Part shown: positions 1 to 10,990 of the stretch, piece by piece | Numbering within the stretch: the stretch's first letter is position 1 | How the letters are laid out: each line of letters starts with the position of its first letter | Translations under genes and position numbers: made by a program | The notes under the pieces: model-generated | Databases searched by the model: none | What the model saw: the letters and a program-made list of their open reading frames with translations, nothing else | Told to the model about the DNA's origin: nothing | Assembly (NCBI GenBank): GCA_019057795.1 | Contig: JAHLWS010000070.1 | Span: 64,001 to 128,000, forward strand | DNA: 64,000 nt | DNA from: Promethearchaeota archaeon | Lineage (GTDB): Archaea; Asgardarchaeota; Lokiarchaeia; Sigyniarchaeales; SOKP01 | Reading direction: 5' to 3'

Positions 1-435
1 TAAAACTATGGACATATAAGATAACGTATCAGGTAAAAATAAATATGTAAAAAAATCTAACGGTATAAAAATTAAAAAAAGTAATAATATTCCATATAAA
101 AGCTGATATTTAAAATTCTTTTTTGTAATATTAAATAAAGTTAAAAAGTTCTTTGAAGGGCTGATATCCTCTTCTAAGATTAATTTTTTTCTTTGAGACT
201 CCATTATAAAATTGGCCAAATATAGAAATAAAGGAATCGCAACGATAATAATTGCCGCTCTCAATATAAAAAAAAGAGGTTCAAAAATTATAGAATTAAA
301 ATCAATAAAGAAAGGTAGTAGAAAAGTAGGAATTAACATAAAAATAAAGATTCCAAGAAAAATAATTAGAACTTCGAAGAAATAATATATTCGTTGCTTA
401 AATATTTTCTTTAAAGGGTTTTTAGGTCTTCTCAT
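1..435 (-). CDS. multi-pass membrane protein, 5' part (runs off window edge)
   Basis: ATG at 435 opens MRRPKNPLKKIFKQRIYYFFEVLIIFLGIFIFML..., open to position 1, several hydrophobic segments; not in the ORF track. Confidence 0.7.
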   Translation of the reverse strand, partial: MRRPKNPLKKIFKQRIYYFFEVLIIFLGIFIFMLIPTFLLPFFIDFNSIIFEPLFFILRAAIIIVAIPLFLYLANFIMESQRKKLILEEDISPSKNFLTLFNITKKNFKYQLLYGILLLFLIFIPLDFFTYLFLPDTLSYMSIVL

Positions 436-493
436 AGTTTATCTATCTCTACCAAGAAGTTCAATGAATAACAAATAATTAAATCGAAATATT

Positions 494-1468
494 TTAAATT
501 TTTTTATTTGAAGCATTCAAAAAAAAATTTAAGTCCTCTCTACTTGGAATCCCATTTCTTGCCCCTAATTCTTGTATACAATTTCCAGCTACAAAATTAC
601 CAATTTTTACATTATTTTTAAGGTGTTCAAATTTTAAATTTATATTTCGAACAAAACCATAAATGAATCCCGCTGAAAATGCGTCACCAGCTCCAGTAGT
701 ATCAATTAAACTACTTAAATTTAACGGAGGTAGAAGTTCTGCATTACGGTTGGTTAGTAAGAATGCTCCTTTTTTGCCTAATGTAGTAATAATGGCTCGT
801 ATACCTAATTTAAATAGGGTACTCGATTTTTCTTGGATTAAATCTTCGTTTAAATAACATTCTTCTATATCAAAAAGAGTTGCATATTCGTTTTGAGAAA
901 GAATTAATATATCAATTTTCTCCAGCAATTTTTTAATGTTCTTTAAACCTTGGTCGATGATTAACATACCAGGATTTAAAATAACGGGTATTTTGTTGTT
1001 TCGACCAATAATAGAGGCTTCAATAAACGGTTCTAAATTTTTTAAGCTACTTAAGAAAATTATTTTTGTATTTACCAATTCTTTTTCTATAAGATCTTCC
1101 TTTGAAAGATAATTTGCGGCACCACTATGAGCATATATTCTTCGGTCTCCTTTTTCATTTAAAGCAATATAGGCAGAACCAGTTCCATGGTGCTCAGAAT
1201 ATTTAATAAGCTTAGTAGCAACATTTACTTCCTTGAAATCGTTAAGTATTTTGTCGCCAAAAGTATCGTGACTCCCTAATTTTCCAATGAACGCTGTTGA
1301 TAATCCAATTTTCGCACATGCATAAGCAGTATTAGCGGCTGCTCCACCAGATAATAAAGTTAAGTCTGATACGAATACTTCATCATCATCAGCAGGATGT
1401 CTAACTACTTGAGCGACCATATCAACAAGGGCGGCTCCTATACAAATTACATCAAAAATTTCAATCAC
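494..1468 (-). CDS. PfkB/ribokinase-family carbohydrate or nucleoside kinase
   Basis: GGAAANTA N-terminal motif and DTTGAGDAF PfkB signature. Confidence 0.92.
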   Translation of the reverse strand: MIEIFDVICIGAALVDMVAQVVRHPADDDEVFVSDLTLLSGGAAANTAYACAKIGLSTAFIGKLGSHDTFGDKILNDFKEVNVATKLIKYSEHHGTGSAYIALNEKGDRRIYAHSGAANYLSKEDLIEKELVNTKIIFLSSLKNLEPFIEASIIGRNNKIPVILNPGMLIIDQGLKNIKKLLEKIDILILSQNEYATLFDIEECYLNEDLIQEKSSTLFKLGIRAIITTLGKKGAFLLTNRNAELLPPLNLSSLIDTTGAGDAFSAGFIYGFVRNINLKFEHLKNNVKIGNFVAGNCIQELGARNGIPSREDLNFFLNASNKKI

Positions 1469-1490
1469 ATTATATATTTTTTAAATGAAT

Positions 1491-2672
1491 TTAATAGTAA
1501 TTAAAAGATCCAAATTCAGATTTTATTTCTAGTTGGTTTTTGTTCTTATAAGACGATTTTTCACATTGCCCGATGATTTTTGATTCGATGTTGTATTTTT
1601 TAGCAATATCTATAATTTCTTTAGCAATTGACTCATCACAACAAATTTCCATTCTATGGCCCATATTAAACACTTTATACATTTCTTTCCATAAAGTTTC
1701 TGAAGATTTTTCTATAATTTCAAATATTTTGGGAATTTTAAAAAGGTTATTTTTAAGATAAGTAATGCCCTTACCAAAATTGAGAATTTTCGTCTGACCT
1801 CCTCCCGTGTTATGGATCATTCCGTGAATTTCCTCTCGATATTTTTTTAGTACATCCAACACTAATGGAGCATAAGTCCTAGTCGGAGACAATAAAGCTT
1901 CTCCAACAGTCAAACTCAATCCTTTGATCTCATCGGTAAGTTGATAATTCCCAAAAAAGATAAATTTTTCATCAAGGTTTTGATCATAACATTCAGAGAA
2001 TTTCTTATAATAATCATGAGATAGAACCCCATGTCTGGCTAAGGTTAATCCGTTACTTCCTATTCCGCTATTAAATTCTTCTTCATATGATGCTTTTCCA
2101 TCACTAGCTAATCCAACTATCACATCTCCTGCCTTGATGTTTTCAGCATTAATAATATCTTCTCTTTTCATACTGGTAAAAACTGAGGCATCAATTAGTA
2201 GAGTTTTTACAATATCTCCTACATCAGCAGTTTCGCCTCCACACATTACGACATTTAGACCAAATTCAGACAGCTTTTCGCTATATGTAAAATATTCTTT
2301 AATTATTGTACTAATTACTTCGCCCGAGATAAATCGTTTATTTCGACCGATATTATTAGATATAAAAAAATTTCCAGTAGCTCCAACGCACAACATATCA
2401 TCAATGTTCATAACAATAGCATCTCTTACAATTCCCTTAAAAACAGATATTTTGTCCGTTTCTTTATAATACATATAAGCTAAGCTTGCTTTTGTACCTG
2501 CTCCATCTGAATGAAATATTGAACAATAATCATCTCTCCTACCTACATCTTGTAAAATTTTACAAAATGCTCCGGGGAATAATCCTTTATCAATCGATTG
2601 GATTGCTTTATGAACATCTTCCTTTTTTGAGGAAACCCCTAATTGAGAATATATATCTTTTTCGTTAGACAT
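1491..2672 (-). CDS. purM: phosphoribosylformylglycinamidine cyclo-ligase (AIR synthase)
   Basis: YSQLGV, DGAGTK, GGETAD, SNGLTLAR, HNTGGG, FNMG motifs; adjacent to purB. Confidence 0.92.
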   Translation of the reverse strand: MSNEKDIYSQLGVSSKKEDVHKAIQSIDKGLFPGAFCKILQDVGRRDDYCSIFHSDGAGTKASLAYMYYKETDKISVFKGIVRDAIVMNIDDMLCVGATGNFFISNNIGRNKRFISGEVISTIIKEYFTYSEKLSEFGLNVVMCGGETADVGDIVKTLLIDASVFTSMKREDIINAENIKAGDVIVGLASDGKASYEEEFNSGIGSNGLTLARHGVLSHDYYKKFSECYDQNLDEKFIFFGNYQLTDEIKGLSLTVGEALLSPTRTYAPLVLDVLKKYREEIHGMIHNTGGGQTKILNFGKGITYLKNNLFKIPKIFEIIEKSSETLWKEMYKVFNMGHRMEICCDESIAKEIIDIAKKYNIESKIIGQCEKSSYKNKNQLEIKSEFGSFNYY

Positions 2673-2674
2673 TT

Positions 2675-4033
2675 TTACAAATTATGTTTATTTTTCAGAA
2701 ATTTTAATAGATTTTCTAAAAGCTCGAGAGATTTTCCTATGTAGTTATGCGGATTTAGGATATCATCTATTTCATCTTTTGTAAAGCTTTCCATTATTTT
2801 TCCATTTTCTAATAAGATTTCTTTAATAAAACGATTTTCTTTTTTTGCTTTTATTGCTGCTTTTCTTAAAATTTCATGCCCTTCTTGTCTTCCGATACCT
2901 TTTTTAACTAAATTTAACATGATTTTTTCAGATAAACAAGCTCCCTTGGTAAGATTTAAATTTTCTTCTATTCTTTCTTCATCAAATTCAACTTCTTGGA
3001 TAATGCTTGTTAATTGTATTATCATAAAATCTAATAGTATGAAATTTTCAGCAAAAATTATCCTTTCGTTAGCAGAATTCGTTAAATCTCTTTCATCTTC
3101 TAATATTATATTATCTAAAGCGGGTATAATATTGGATTTTAAAACTCTAGCTAAACTACAAATTCGTTCAGATTTATGTGGATTTCTCTTATGAGGCATA
3201 GTCGAGCTTCCTACTTGAGTCTTTTTGAAAGGTTCAAACATTTCAGCGATTTCGTTTCTTTGGAGCACTCGAAATTGCCTTGCAACTTTAGCTAGTGATT
3301 GTCCGATCAACGCTGTTAAAAAGAGTACTTCAGCATGACGATCTCTCTGAATTATTTGGTTCGAGATTAAAGCTGGATTTAATCCAAGCTCTTTCGTTAT
3401 GAAATTCTGAATTTCAATACCTTTCTCTCCAAAACTCGCCATATTTCCTACGGCGCCCGACATTTTACCATATGATATACGATTTAGAGTTTCTTTTAAT
3501 CTATCTAAATGTCTATCTATTTCATATGACCACACGCCGAATCTCATCCCATATGTAGTTGGAATAGCGTGTTGTCCGTGAGTTCTTCCTATACAAACAA
3601 GCGATTTCTTATCCTGTATAACTTTTATTAGTTCTATTAAAAGCTTTTTTAAAGAATTAGTGATATATATTATAGCTTCTTTTAACTGTAATCCTGTTGC
3701 TGTATCTTCAATATCGTAACTTGTAGCCCCTAAATGGATGTATTTTCCAGCACTTCCTTCACATTGTTCTGATAAAGCCTTAACCATAGCCATTAAGTCG
3801 TGATGAATTTCATTATCAATCTCTTTTACCCGATTTAATTTAACATAATTCAAATTAGCTTTCTTACATATCTCTTCTGCGGACTCTTGAGGAATATTGC
3901 CCCATTTAGCATGTGCTTTTGCTAGTACTGCCTCAACTTTTAACCAATTCTCTAATTTTTTTTCTTCTGTAAAAATTTCAGCTATTTTAGTTCGATAACG
4001 AGTTTCAACTGGATTAATAAATTTATGATCCAT
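2675..4033 (-). CDS. purB: adenylosuccinate lyase
   Basis: GSSTMPHKRNP fumarate-lyase signature, GRTHGQHA, HLGATS. Confidence 0.96.
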   Translation of the reverse strand: MDHKFINPVETRYRTKIAEIFTEEKKLENWLKVEAVLAKAHAKWGNIPQESAEEICKKANLNYVKLNRVKEIDNEIHHDLMAMVKALSEQCEGSAGKYIHLGATSYDIEDTATGLQLKEAIIYITNSLKKLLIELIKVIQDKKSLVCIGRTHGQHAIPTTYGMRFGVWSYEIDRHLDRLKETLNRISYGKMSGAVGNMASFGEKGIEIQNFITKELGLNPALISNQIIQRDRHAEVLFLTALIGQSLAKVARQFRVLQRNEIAEMFEPFKKTQVGSSTMPHKRNPHKSERICSLARVLKSNIIPALDNIILEDERDLTNSANERIIFAENFILLDFMIIQLTSIIQEVEFDEERIEENLNLTKGACLSEKIMLNLVKKGIGRQEGHEILRKAAIKAKKENRFIKEILLENGKIMESFTKDEIDDILNPHNYIGKSLELLENLLKFLKNKHNL

Positions 4034-4179
4034 AGCTAACTTATTGATCTTTTATTTCTATAATAGAAATAATCTATGATCAATTATTATTCTTTTTTTA
4101 AATTTCTATTAAAAAGCGAATATCTACGAAAATTTAATTTATTAGAACTTTTTATTTAAAAAATTTTAAAAATAAGATT

Positions 4180-4908
4180 TTAGTTCTGATGACCTGTTCT
4201 CCTAGCGGCTATTTGTCCCACCTTTCTACCGGGTGGGGCATTTCTCGAGGTTGTTGTTGGTTTATGAGGACTTTGTTTTGCGCCTCCTCCGTAGGGGTGA
4301 CTTGCTGCGTTCATCGTGACTCCGCGAACAACCGGCCATTTTATAGCTTTAGATCTTACATAATGGAATTTATTACCGGCTTTTAAAAATGGTTTATCGG
4401 TTCTTCCGCCACCAGCAACAACTCCAACTGTACAAAGGCAATTTTCATTAAACCATTTAGTTTTTTTTGATCGAAATAGCACTTCAATGTTTTTACCCGA
4501 TTTATCCCTTACAATGGCGGCTACTCCAGATGCTCTCGCAAATTTACCACCGTCTTGCGGAGTTCCCTCAATATTAAATACGAGCGCACCTAGAGGGATT
4601 TTTTTCAAAGGTAAGATATTTCCTACTTTCACTTCTTGGCTATATCCCGTTTTAGACTGAATAAATTCCTGTCCTTCGTAAATTCCTTCTGGAGGGAGCC
4701 ATAAACTTTTTTCCCCATCTTCGTACATAATTTTAGCCACTGGAGCCCCTCTACCTGGAGCGTGGACGAATTCAATCACTTTAAATTTTAACAATTTTTC
4801 ATTTTTCTTGAAGGGACGATACTTTACCTTTCCTACATGTCGGTGACTTGGAGATCGAGCCCATAAATGGCCGTATCCTTTTCTTTGAGCTAATATACGC
4901 TTTCCCAT
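4180..4908 (-). CDS. rpl2: 50S ribosomal protein uL2
   Basis: MGKRILAQRKG, HAPGRGAP, WPVVRGVTMNAASHPYGGG, APPGRKVG; ATG at 4908 preferred. Confidence 0.97.
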   Translation of the reverse strand: MGKRILAQRKGYGHLWARSPSHRHVGKVKYRPFKKNEKLLKFKVIEFVHAPGRGAPVAKIMYEDGEKSLWLPPEGIYEGQEFIQSKTGYSQEVKVGNILPLKKIPLGALVFNIEGTPQDGGKFARASGVAAIVRDKSGKNIEVLFRSKKTKWFNENCLCTVGVVAGGGRTDKPFLKAGNKFHYVRSKAIKWPVVRGVTMNAASHPYGGGAKQSPHKPTTTSRNAPPGRKVGQIAARRTGHQN

Positions 4909-5017
4909 AAAGATCACTTACTATATCGAATTAGTAATATCTAATTAATAAAAGTTTAAATTTTTTATTATTTTAGTTAGAATTTATTTAATTTTAAGAT
5001 AAAACAAGAGAAACAAA

Positions 5018-6376
5018 TCATAATTTTTTATTTTTTAATAACTCGTCTATATTGTAATTAAAAGCGATTGGAACTTCTCTATCGATAAACTCCCCAGCAA
5101 CGTTAGTTAACAATAGCTCTTTGATTTCTTTTAGATCGTTTGTTTGGCCTAGTACCCAACCTAATTTTACGTACCCAACTTCTGGTAAGAGGTTCCTACC
5201 TGGGATAACGCCTAAATGTTGTAATTCTCTCCCAGTGGAATACACATTCATCCCTACAAAACCATGTAGAGTTTGTGTGGTCATAAGAATAGTAATTCCT
5301 TCTTGAATGGCTCTTTCAATAGCATTATAAACATATGTGCTGACATGTCCAAGCCCTGTTCCAGCAAATACTATGCCTTTATAACTTTTATCTATATAAA
5401 ATTCAATTTGTTCATTATCCATTCCGGGATAAGAATAAATGAGAGCAACTTTCTTCTCAAAATTCGTATTGATAGTAGTTTCAGATCGACTTCGTTTTCT
5501 ATAATTATTTTTAAATGTTTTTATCTTCCTGTCCCTTACCATTCCTAACGGAATATCATCAATAGTGCGAAAAGTATCTCTTACTGAGGAATGCATTTTT
5601 CTTACTATTGTTCCTCTATGAATTAATCCATAATCATGTGAAGGAGAACCTAGCATAGCTACTACAACCTCAGCTATATCAGAGGTAGCTACAGTAGCAG
5701 CGTTTATCAGATTTAAAGCAGCATCAGAAGAAGGACGATCGGAGCTTCGTTGACTCCCTGTTAACACAACTGGAATAGATAAATCTTTTAACATGAAAGA
5801 TAAAGCGGCGCTAGTGAATGTCATAGTATCTGTTCCATGTCCTATAATTACTCCATCAAAACCAGAATCTATGGCTTGTTTAACTTTTTCTGCTAATTTT
5901 TGCCAATATTCAAATTTCATATTTTCTGATAATATTTCAAAAACATTTTCGCAATCAAGATTACAAATTTCTGCCAATTCAGGTACGGAACTAAATAACT
6001 CACTTGGTGTAAAAGAAGGTATAACCGCCCCAGTCGTATAATCTAATCTTGAAGCAACCGTTCCTCCAGTTCCTAATAATTGAAGCTTAGGCAAATCTTT
6101 ATTGTATGGAAATTCTTTTTCTGGAAGTTTGTAATTAGCTTCTCTTTTTCCAATTTTTTTTATATTTTGTATTTCAGAGACATTTATTCCAACATTATAA
6201 TTGTTTTCTAACTTGATTTCTATAAAATCAGGAGCAGAATATTCGCTTCTTGGCATTAAAATTCCTTCTAATTGTGTTTTATTTGTAGTGATTTGAATGA
6301 TGTCCCAGATCTCTATTGTATACTTTTTTAAAAGATCTATAGATTTGCCTTTATATCCTTTTAGTTTATCTTCCAC
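5018..6376 (-). CDS. gatD: glutamyl-tRNA(Gln) amidotransferase subunit D
   Basis: asparaginase motifs TGGTVAS, HGTDT, SQRSSDRPSSD; directly follows gatE. Confidence 0.96.
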   Translation of the reverse strand: MEDKLKGYKGKSIDLLKKYTIEIWDIIQITTNKTQLEGILMPRSEYSAPDFIEIKLENNYNVGINVSEIQNIKKIGKREANYKLPEKEFPYNKDLPKLQLLGTGGTVASRLDYTTGAVIPSFTPSELFSSVPELAEICNLDCENVFEILSENMKFEYWQKLAEKVKQAIDSGFDGVIIGHGTDTMTFTSAALSFMLKDLSIPVVLTGSQRSSDRPSSDAALNLINAATVATSDIAEVVVAMLGSPSHDYGLIHRGTIVRKMHSSVRDTFRTIDDIPLGMVRDRKIKTFKNNYRKRSRSETTINTNFEKKVALIYSYPGMDNEQIEFYIDKSYKGIVFAGTGLGHVSTYVYNAIERAIQEGITILMTTQTLHGFVGMNVYSTGRELQHLGVIPGRNLLPEVGYVKLGWVLGQTNDLKEIKELLLTNVAGEFIDREVPIAFNYNIDELLKNKKL

Positions 6377-8296
6377 TTATTTCATCTCCTTTAATTTGTT
6401 TGATATTTGTATCTTCAATTCTTTAGAAATGATCTCACCATCTATTTTTCCTCGTACTTTTTTCATAACTTCTCCCATTAGTGGTCCCATGGATCTCATT
6501 TCTCTTTCTTTAATGATTTTTAAGTTTTTAATTACTATTTCATTAATTATTATTTTTAAATCTTCAATTGAGAGACTTTCAAGATTTAGATTCTCGATTG
6601 ATTGTTCGATAGTGAGATTTGGAGAATCTGCTTTTAATCTCATTATATCTTCGATAGCTTCCTTTCCAATTTTTTTATTTTTCAATTCTAGGAAGATTTT
6701 TTTATAATCGTCATTAGTTATATTTTCTATTATTTTTCCTTCCCGCTTAAGTGCTTTTGCTGTGTTTAATAATGTTGTTATGATTATTGAAGGTTTCGCG
6801 GGGTAAATATCTATTAAGCTGTCAAATAGAGATAACTGCCCATTAAAAATTAATTTTTTAATGGAACTCTGTTCAACTTTGTACATTTTAGCATAATCTT
6901 CAATTATATCCCAAGGATAATTAGGTAAAGTCTTTTGAATTTGTTTAGTTTCTTCTATTGTATTCATTATTGCTTGTGAATCTGTATCAGGATATAAACG
7001 TGCCCCACCATGTAATTCTCTCAAAAATTCCGTATTTCCATTATCAAGCGCTTTTCTTGTCTCAGGTGGAACACCTTTAAAAACATACTTTACCCGATTA
7101 ATGATTATATCTGCTGCTTTTTTTAGTTCTTTACTAGTTCCCAAAACTAAAACAAAGCAATCTTTTTCTTTTGAATTCAATTTATTTTGGATTTTTTTTA
7201 TTTCGTCTTGAGAAAAATTATAATTTTCTAATTTTTCATCAGAATGAATAATCCCCATTAAGCCTGAAATAACCTTGACCTTACTACTTACTTCGGTACC
7301 GAATCTATAATCCTCCATTAGCTCCTTTCCAAAAATACCTTTGAAACCTTTAAAATTGAAACCATAGAGTTTTTTTCCCGATTTTATACCAGTTGCAATG
7401 AATTTTGATTCAGTTTTTCCCATTAAACTAGTTAAATCTACGGGCTCCTGAGGGATGTCATTTTCACTTACTTTTCGATTCTTTAATTCTTCTCTAATTT
7501 CTATTAGGTTAAGTTGACGTGAAATTTCATGATTAATCAATAAGGTTATCCAACTCAATTTTTGAACTCCTTTAATTTCAATCCGGGTTCCAGATTTAAT
7601 GCTTACATTAACATCTTGCCTGATTGAGCCAAGAACTTTTTTTACATTAGTTATCCACAGTAATAATCCAATCCTTTCAGCACATTCTCTACATTCTTCA
7701 GGTGTGTTTATATCCGGTTGTGTTGTTACTTCTACTAATGGAATTCCAAGGCGATCTAGTCTGTAAAAATTAGTTTTATTTTCAGTTTTTATTTTCCTAG
7801 CAGCTTCTTCTTCTAAACTTAAAATAGCGATTCTGATTTTTTTACCGTTCTTCAAAGTTATGTATCCATCTGTTCCCAAAATCATTGTGCGCTGAAACCC
7901 AGAAGGGACGCTTCCATCAAGATAATTTTTCCTACTTACATGCATCTCTTCAATAATATTTGCATTAAGAAGTAAAGCTAATTCTAAGGCAATTTTTCTA
8001 GCTTCCTCATTACAAGAAAACGGGGGGGTATCGTCTAACTCATAAGTACAAATTACATCGTTGTAACCTTCATAGATGATAGTCTTACCCTTTTTATATT
8101 CTGTCAGCATAGCTTCATCAAATGTGCCCATTTCTCCCAAAACGGGTCTCATATACCTTATTGTATTAAAATCTGGTACTCTAGTTCCTTGAAGTTTACT
8201 TGGGCATCTACAAAACAGTTTAGTTTCTGTATCAAGCTGCTGATGAATTTCTAAGCCACATTTTAATCCTAATTCTACATAATCGAAATTGTACAT
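6377..8296 (-). CDS. gatE: glutamyl-tRNA(Gln) amidotransferase subunit E
   Basis: GLKCGLEIHQQL, KLFCRCP, LDRLGIPLVEV, RQDVNVSI, GARLYPDTD. Confidence 0.96.
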   Translation of the reverse strand: MYNFDYVELGLKCGLEIHQQLDTETKLFCRCPSKLQGTRVPDFNTIRYMRPVLGEMGTFDEAMLTEYKKGKTIIYEGYNDVICTYELDDTPPFSCNEEARKIALELALLLNANIIEEMHVSRKNYLDGSVPSGFQRTMILGTDGYITLKNGKKIRIAILSLEEEAARKIKTENKTNFYRLDRLGIPLVEVTTQPDINTPEECRECAERIGLLLWITNVKKVLGSIRQDVNVSIKSGTRIEIKGVQKLSWITLLINHEISRQLNLIEIREELKNRKVSENDIPQEPVDLTSLMGKTESKFIATGIKSGKKLYGFNFKGFKGIFGKELMEDYRFGTEVSSKVKVISGLMGIIHSDEKLENYNFSQDEIKKIQNKLNSKEKDCFVLVLGTSKELKKAADIIINRVKYVFKGVPPETRKALDNGNTEFLRELHGGARLYPDTDSQAIMNTIEETKQIQKTLPNYPWDIIEDYAKMYKVEQSSIKKLIFNGQLSLFDSLIDIYPAKPSIIITTLLNTAKALKREGKIIENITNDDYKKIFLELKNKKIGKEAIEDIMRLKADSPNLTIEQSIENLNLESLSIEDLKIIINEIVIKNLKIIKEREMRSMGPLMGEVMKKVRGKIDGEIISKELKIQISNKLKEMK

Positions 8297-8468
8297 AATA
8301 AACCATTTAAAAATAATATACTACTACTATAAACTGTTTAATTCATTTTATAATTTTAATATATTGTATGTAAATACATTAAGATAGTAAATCAAACTTA
8401 TTTTTATTGTCCTTATGCAGCCAATAAAATGCTTATTTGTTATAGTAGGACTTTAGTGTTGCAATTCT

Positions 8469-10796
8469 TTAGAATTTAGAATAGCAATATCGTGCTTTGA
8501 TGTCATCTTGAACAGCTCTTGGTAATTCTGTATACCTAGCACTGTAACCTGATACTCTAACCATCAAATCTTTGTATATTTCTGGATAATTTTGAGCTTC
8601 GTTAAGGGTTTCTAGAGAAATTGAGTTAAATTGTAAATGAGAACCATTTAATTTTACATATGTTCTTAGTATTGATTCGAAAATCTTTCCATGGTCTAAT
8701 AATACAATATTAGGATCAATGTTAAGAGTGCATGCCACACCATTTGTAAGAAGAGCGTGATTGATTTTGGTTATGCTATTAATAGCGGAAGTGATCCCTT
8801 TTTCTCCCGTGAATCCAGGAGCGATATCCCTATTTAATGGTTTTCCCTTTTTTCTGCCAGAGGGAAGAGCTCCCGTGAATATGCCAAAACCAACATGAGT
8901 AGTCATTGCATGAATCCCCACCCTATAATCACCTCCTCGTGCACTTTTTAACCCCTTTACAGATTGAGCAAGTATTTCAATAGCTTTTTTAGCGAAAACA
9001 TCTGCGTTATCATCATCGCTTCCATATTTAGGGCACTTATAAATAAGATAGCTCTGGATATCCTTACTCCCCCTAAAATTATTTTTTAAGGTATTGATTA
9101 AATCTTCCATTTCTATTTTCTTTTCCTTAAAAACAGCCCAATCTATAGCAGCTATTGAATCTACTACGTCTGTAAAGCCTGTCACATGAATACCTGAAAA
9201 ATTGTATTTAGCTGAGCCTTCATTCACATCAATTCCTTTCTCAAAACTTCCTCTAATACAAAGTGACATCAATGGAGTTGGTTTTAATATTTTATGTGCT
9301 TCCTGATAAGCATTAGCTGCTGTAGCTGCCATTTTCATCAACGCTTTAAGTTTAATTTCAAAGACATCTAAAATATCTTTTATTGATTTAAATCTGTTAG
9401 AATCAGTATTATTATCAATATGTTTACTAACTATTGATTTATCTGTCCCTAAAGCAAGTTCTAAAGCCTTTGGCAAGTTCAAAAAAACTGCTCCGGTATT
9501 ATCGTAGGAATTCCCTGATGTAGATAACCCAACACAGCCCACTACGCCATAATCACGCGCTTCCTCTAATGATATACCACAATTTGTTAAACTTTGAACT
9601 ACTAATTCATCATTGTATAAACCAATGACATTTTTTCCTTTTGCTAATATATCAGCTATTTTTTTAATAATAGCGGTAGGAGTGTTTCTATTTAATCTCA
9701 CAACCAAGTTTGGGCTTGGAACTGCTGCTTGATCTAATGCATCAAGAAAAAGATAGGTAAGATTATTAGTGGAATCCTTACCATTTTTATCAATACCACC
9801 AATTAGGATATTTTGAGTAGTAGCCATACCTCCAAAGTATTGAGTGGCAACACTGTCGTATAATGCAATTACTTCATTGGTTTTCAGAAATAAATTTTTA
9901 ATCAATTTTATAGCTAATTCCCCATTCCCATCATAGAATTTCAATAGATATTGATCCATTCGTCCAAAAGAAATTCCATGTTCGAAATTTTCTAAATGGA
10001 GCGCCATGTGGATAAACCAAATAAATTGGATCGCTTCTTGAAGATTCTTTGGGGGATTTTCTGGAATGTTGTTACAAGTTTCAGCGATTTTTTTTAATTC
10101 TAGCTTTCTTTCTTTATTATCCATACTATCAGAAAGTAATTTTGCATGTTCTGAATATCTATGAGCATAACTAATCAATGCTTTACAAATAATTACCATT
10201 GCCTTATAAAAAGCCATTTTCTCATTATCTTTGGTATTTCCAATTATTTCCTGCTTATAATTAGCTAATTTTTCTTGAGATAAATTAATGTACTTCTTTA
10301 AACCCAAAGAAATTAGTCTGGGATAATCGACTACAACATGAGCAATCCCACCTATTTCTGTGGCAACAAATGCACACCCGCTAAATGATGTCTCAAAAAC
10401 ACTTTTAGGTGCGATTTCTCTGGCGTATGTATCAATTTTAAAACTATCGTAAAAGGGTGCTATTTCTTCTCTTAAAGTTTTTATATCTTCCTTTTTGACT
10501 TTTATCGGATTTACAATTCTATGTGGAAGATTTTCGAGTTCTTTCATAATTCTAAAGCCACTACCTTCCATTCTAGGAATTGCGACGGGAATGTTATTAT
10601 CAAAAGTACCGACAATGAGCTCATCAGGTCTAATAATAATGGGTAAATTCTCTAAAATATGGTTTAAACCCAATGCTTGTCTAATAATCATTGGTTTTCC
10701 AACGGTCTCTTTCAATACTAATGTATACGATAAGGGAACTTTTAGGGAAAGATGAGGTGTGCCCCGAACGAGCTCATTTAACGATTTAGCATCCAA
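8469..10796 (-). CDS. glycyl-radical enzyme (PFL2/dehydratase-like family)
   Basis: C-terminal LMVRVSGYS glycyl-radical motif, VVGCVG Cys loop, SFGRMDQYL. Confidence 0.9.
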   Translation of the reverse strand: MDAKSLNELVRGTPHLSLKVPLSYTLVLKETVGKPMIIRQALGLNHILENLPIIIRPDELIVGTFDNNIPVAIPRMEGSGFRIMKELENLPHRIVNPIKVKKEDIKTLREEIAPFYDSFKIDTYAREIAPKSVFETSFSGCAFVATEIGGIAHVVVDYPRLISLGLKKYINLSQEKLANYKQEIIGNTKDNEKMAFYKAMVIICKALISYAHRYSEHAKLLSDSMDNKERKLELKKIAETCNNIPENPPKNLQEAIQFIWFIHMALHLENFEHGISFGRMDQYLLKFYDGNGELAIKLIKNLFLKTNEVIALYDSVATQYFGGMATTQNILIGGIDKNGKDSTNNLTYLFLDALDQAAVPSPNLVVRLNRNTPTAIIKKIADILAKGKNVIGLYNDELVVQSLTNCGISLEEARDYGVVGCVGLSTSGNSYDNTGAVFLNLPKALELALGTDKSIVSKHIDNNTDSNRFKSIKDILDVFEIKLKALMKMAATAANAYQEAHKILKPTPLMSLCIRGSFEKGIDVNEGSAKYNFSGIHVTGFTDVVDSIAAIDWAVFKEKKIEMEDLINTLKNNFRGSKDIQSYLIYKCPKYGSDDDNADVFAKKAIEILAQSVKGLKSARGGDYRVGIHAMTTHVGFGIFTGALPSGRKKGKPLNRDIAPGFTGEKGITSAINSITKINHALLTNGVACTLNIDPNIVLLDHGKIFESILRTYVKLNGSHLQFNSISLETLNEAQNYPEIYKDLMVRVSGYSARYTELPRAVQDDIKARYCYSKF

Positions 10797-10990
10797 TATA
10801 AATCACAGATAATTACAATAATAACTTGATAAATTAATTAAGATTTAATTTTATTTCTTTTAAATCTTTAATTATTATGTAAAATAACTCGAATTAATGC
10901 TATTACAAAAGAAATTAAGCGCAAATGTAAAAAGAAAAAATAAATTTTGATAAACGAATCAAAAGGAATTTAGTTAATCGCGATGTATAA

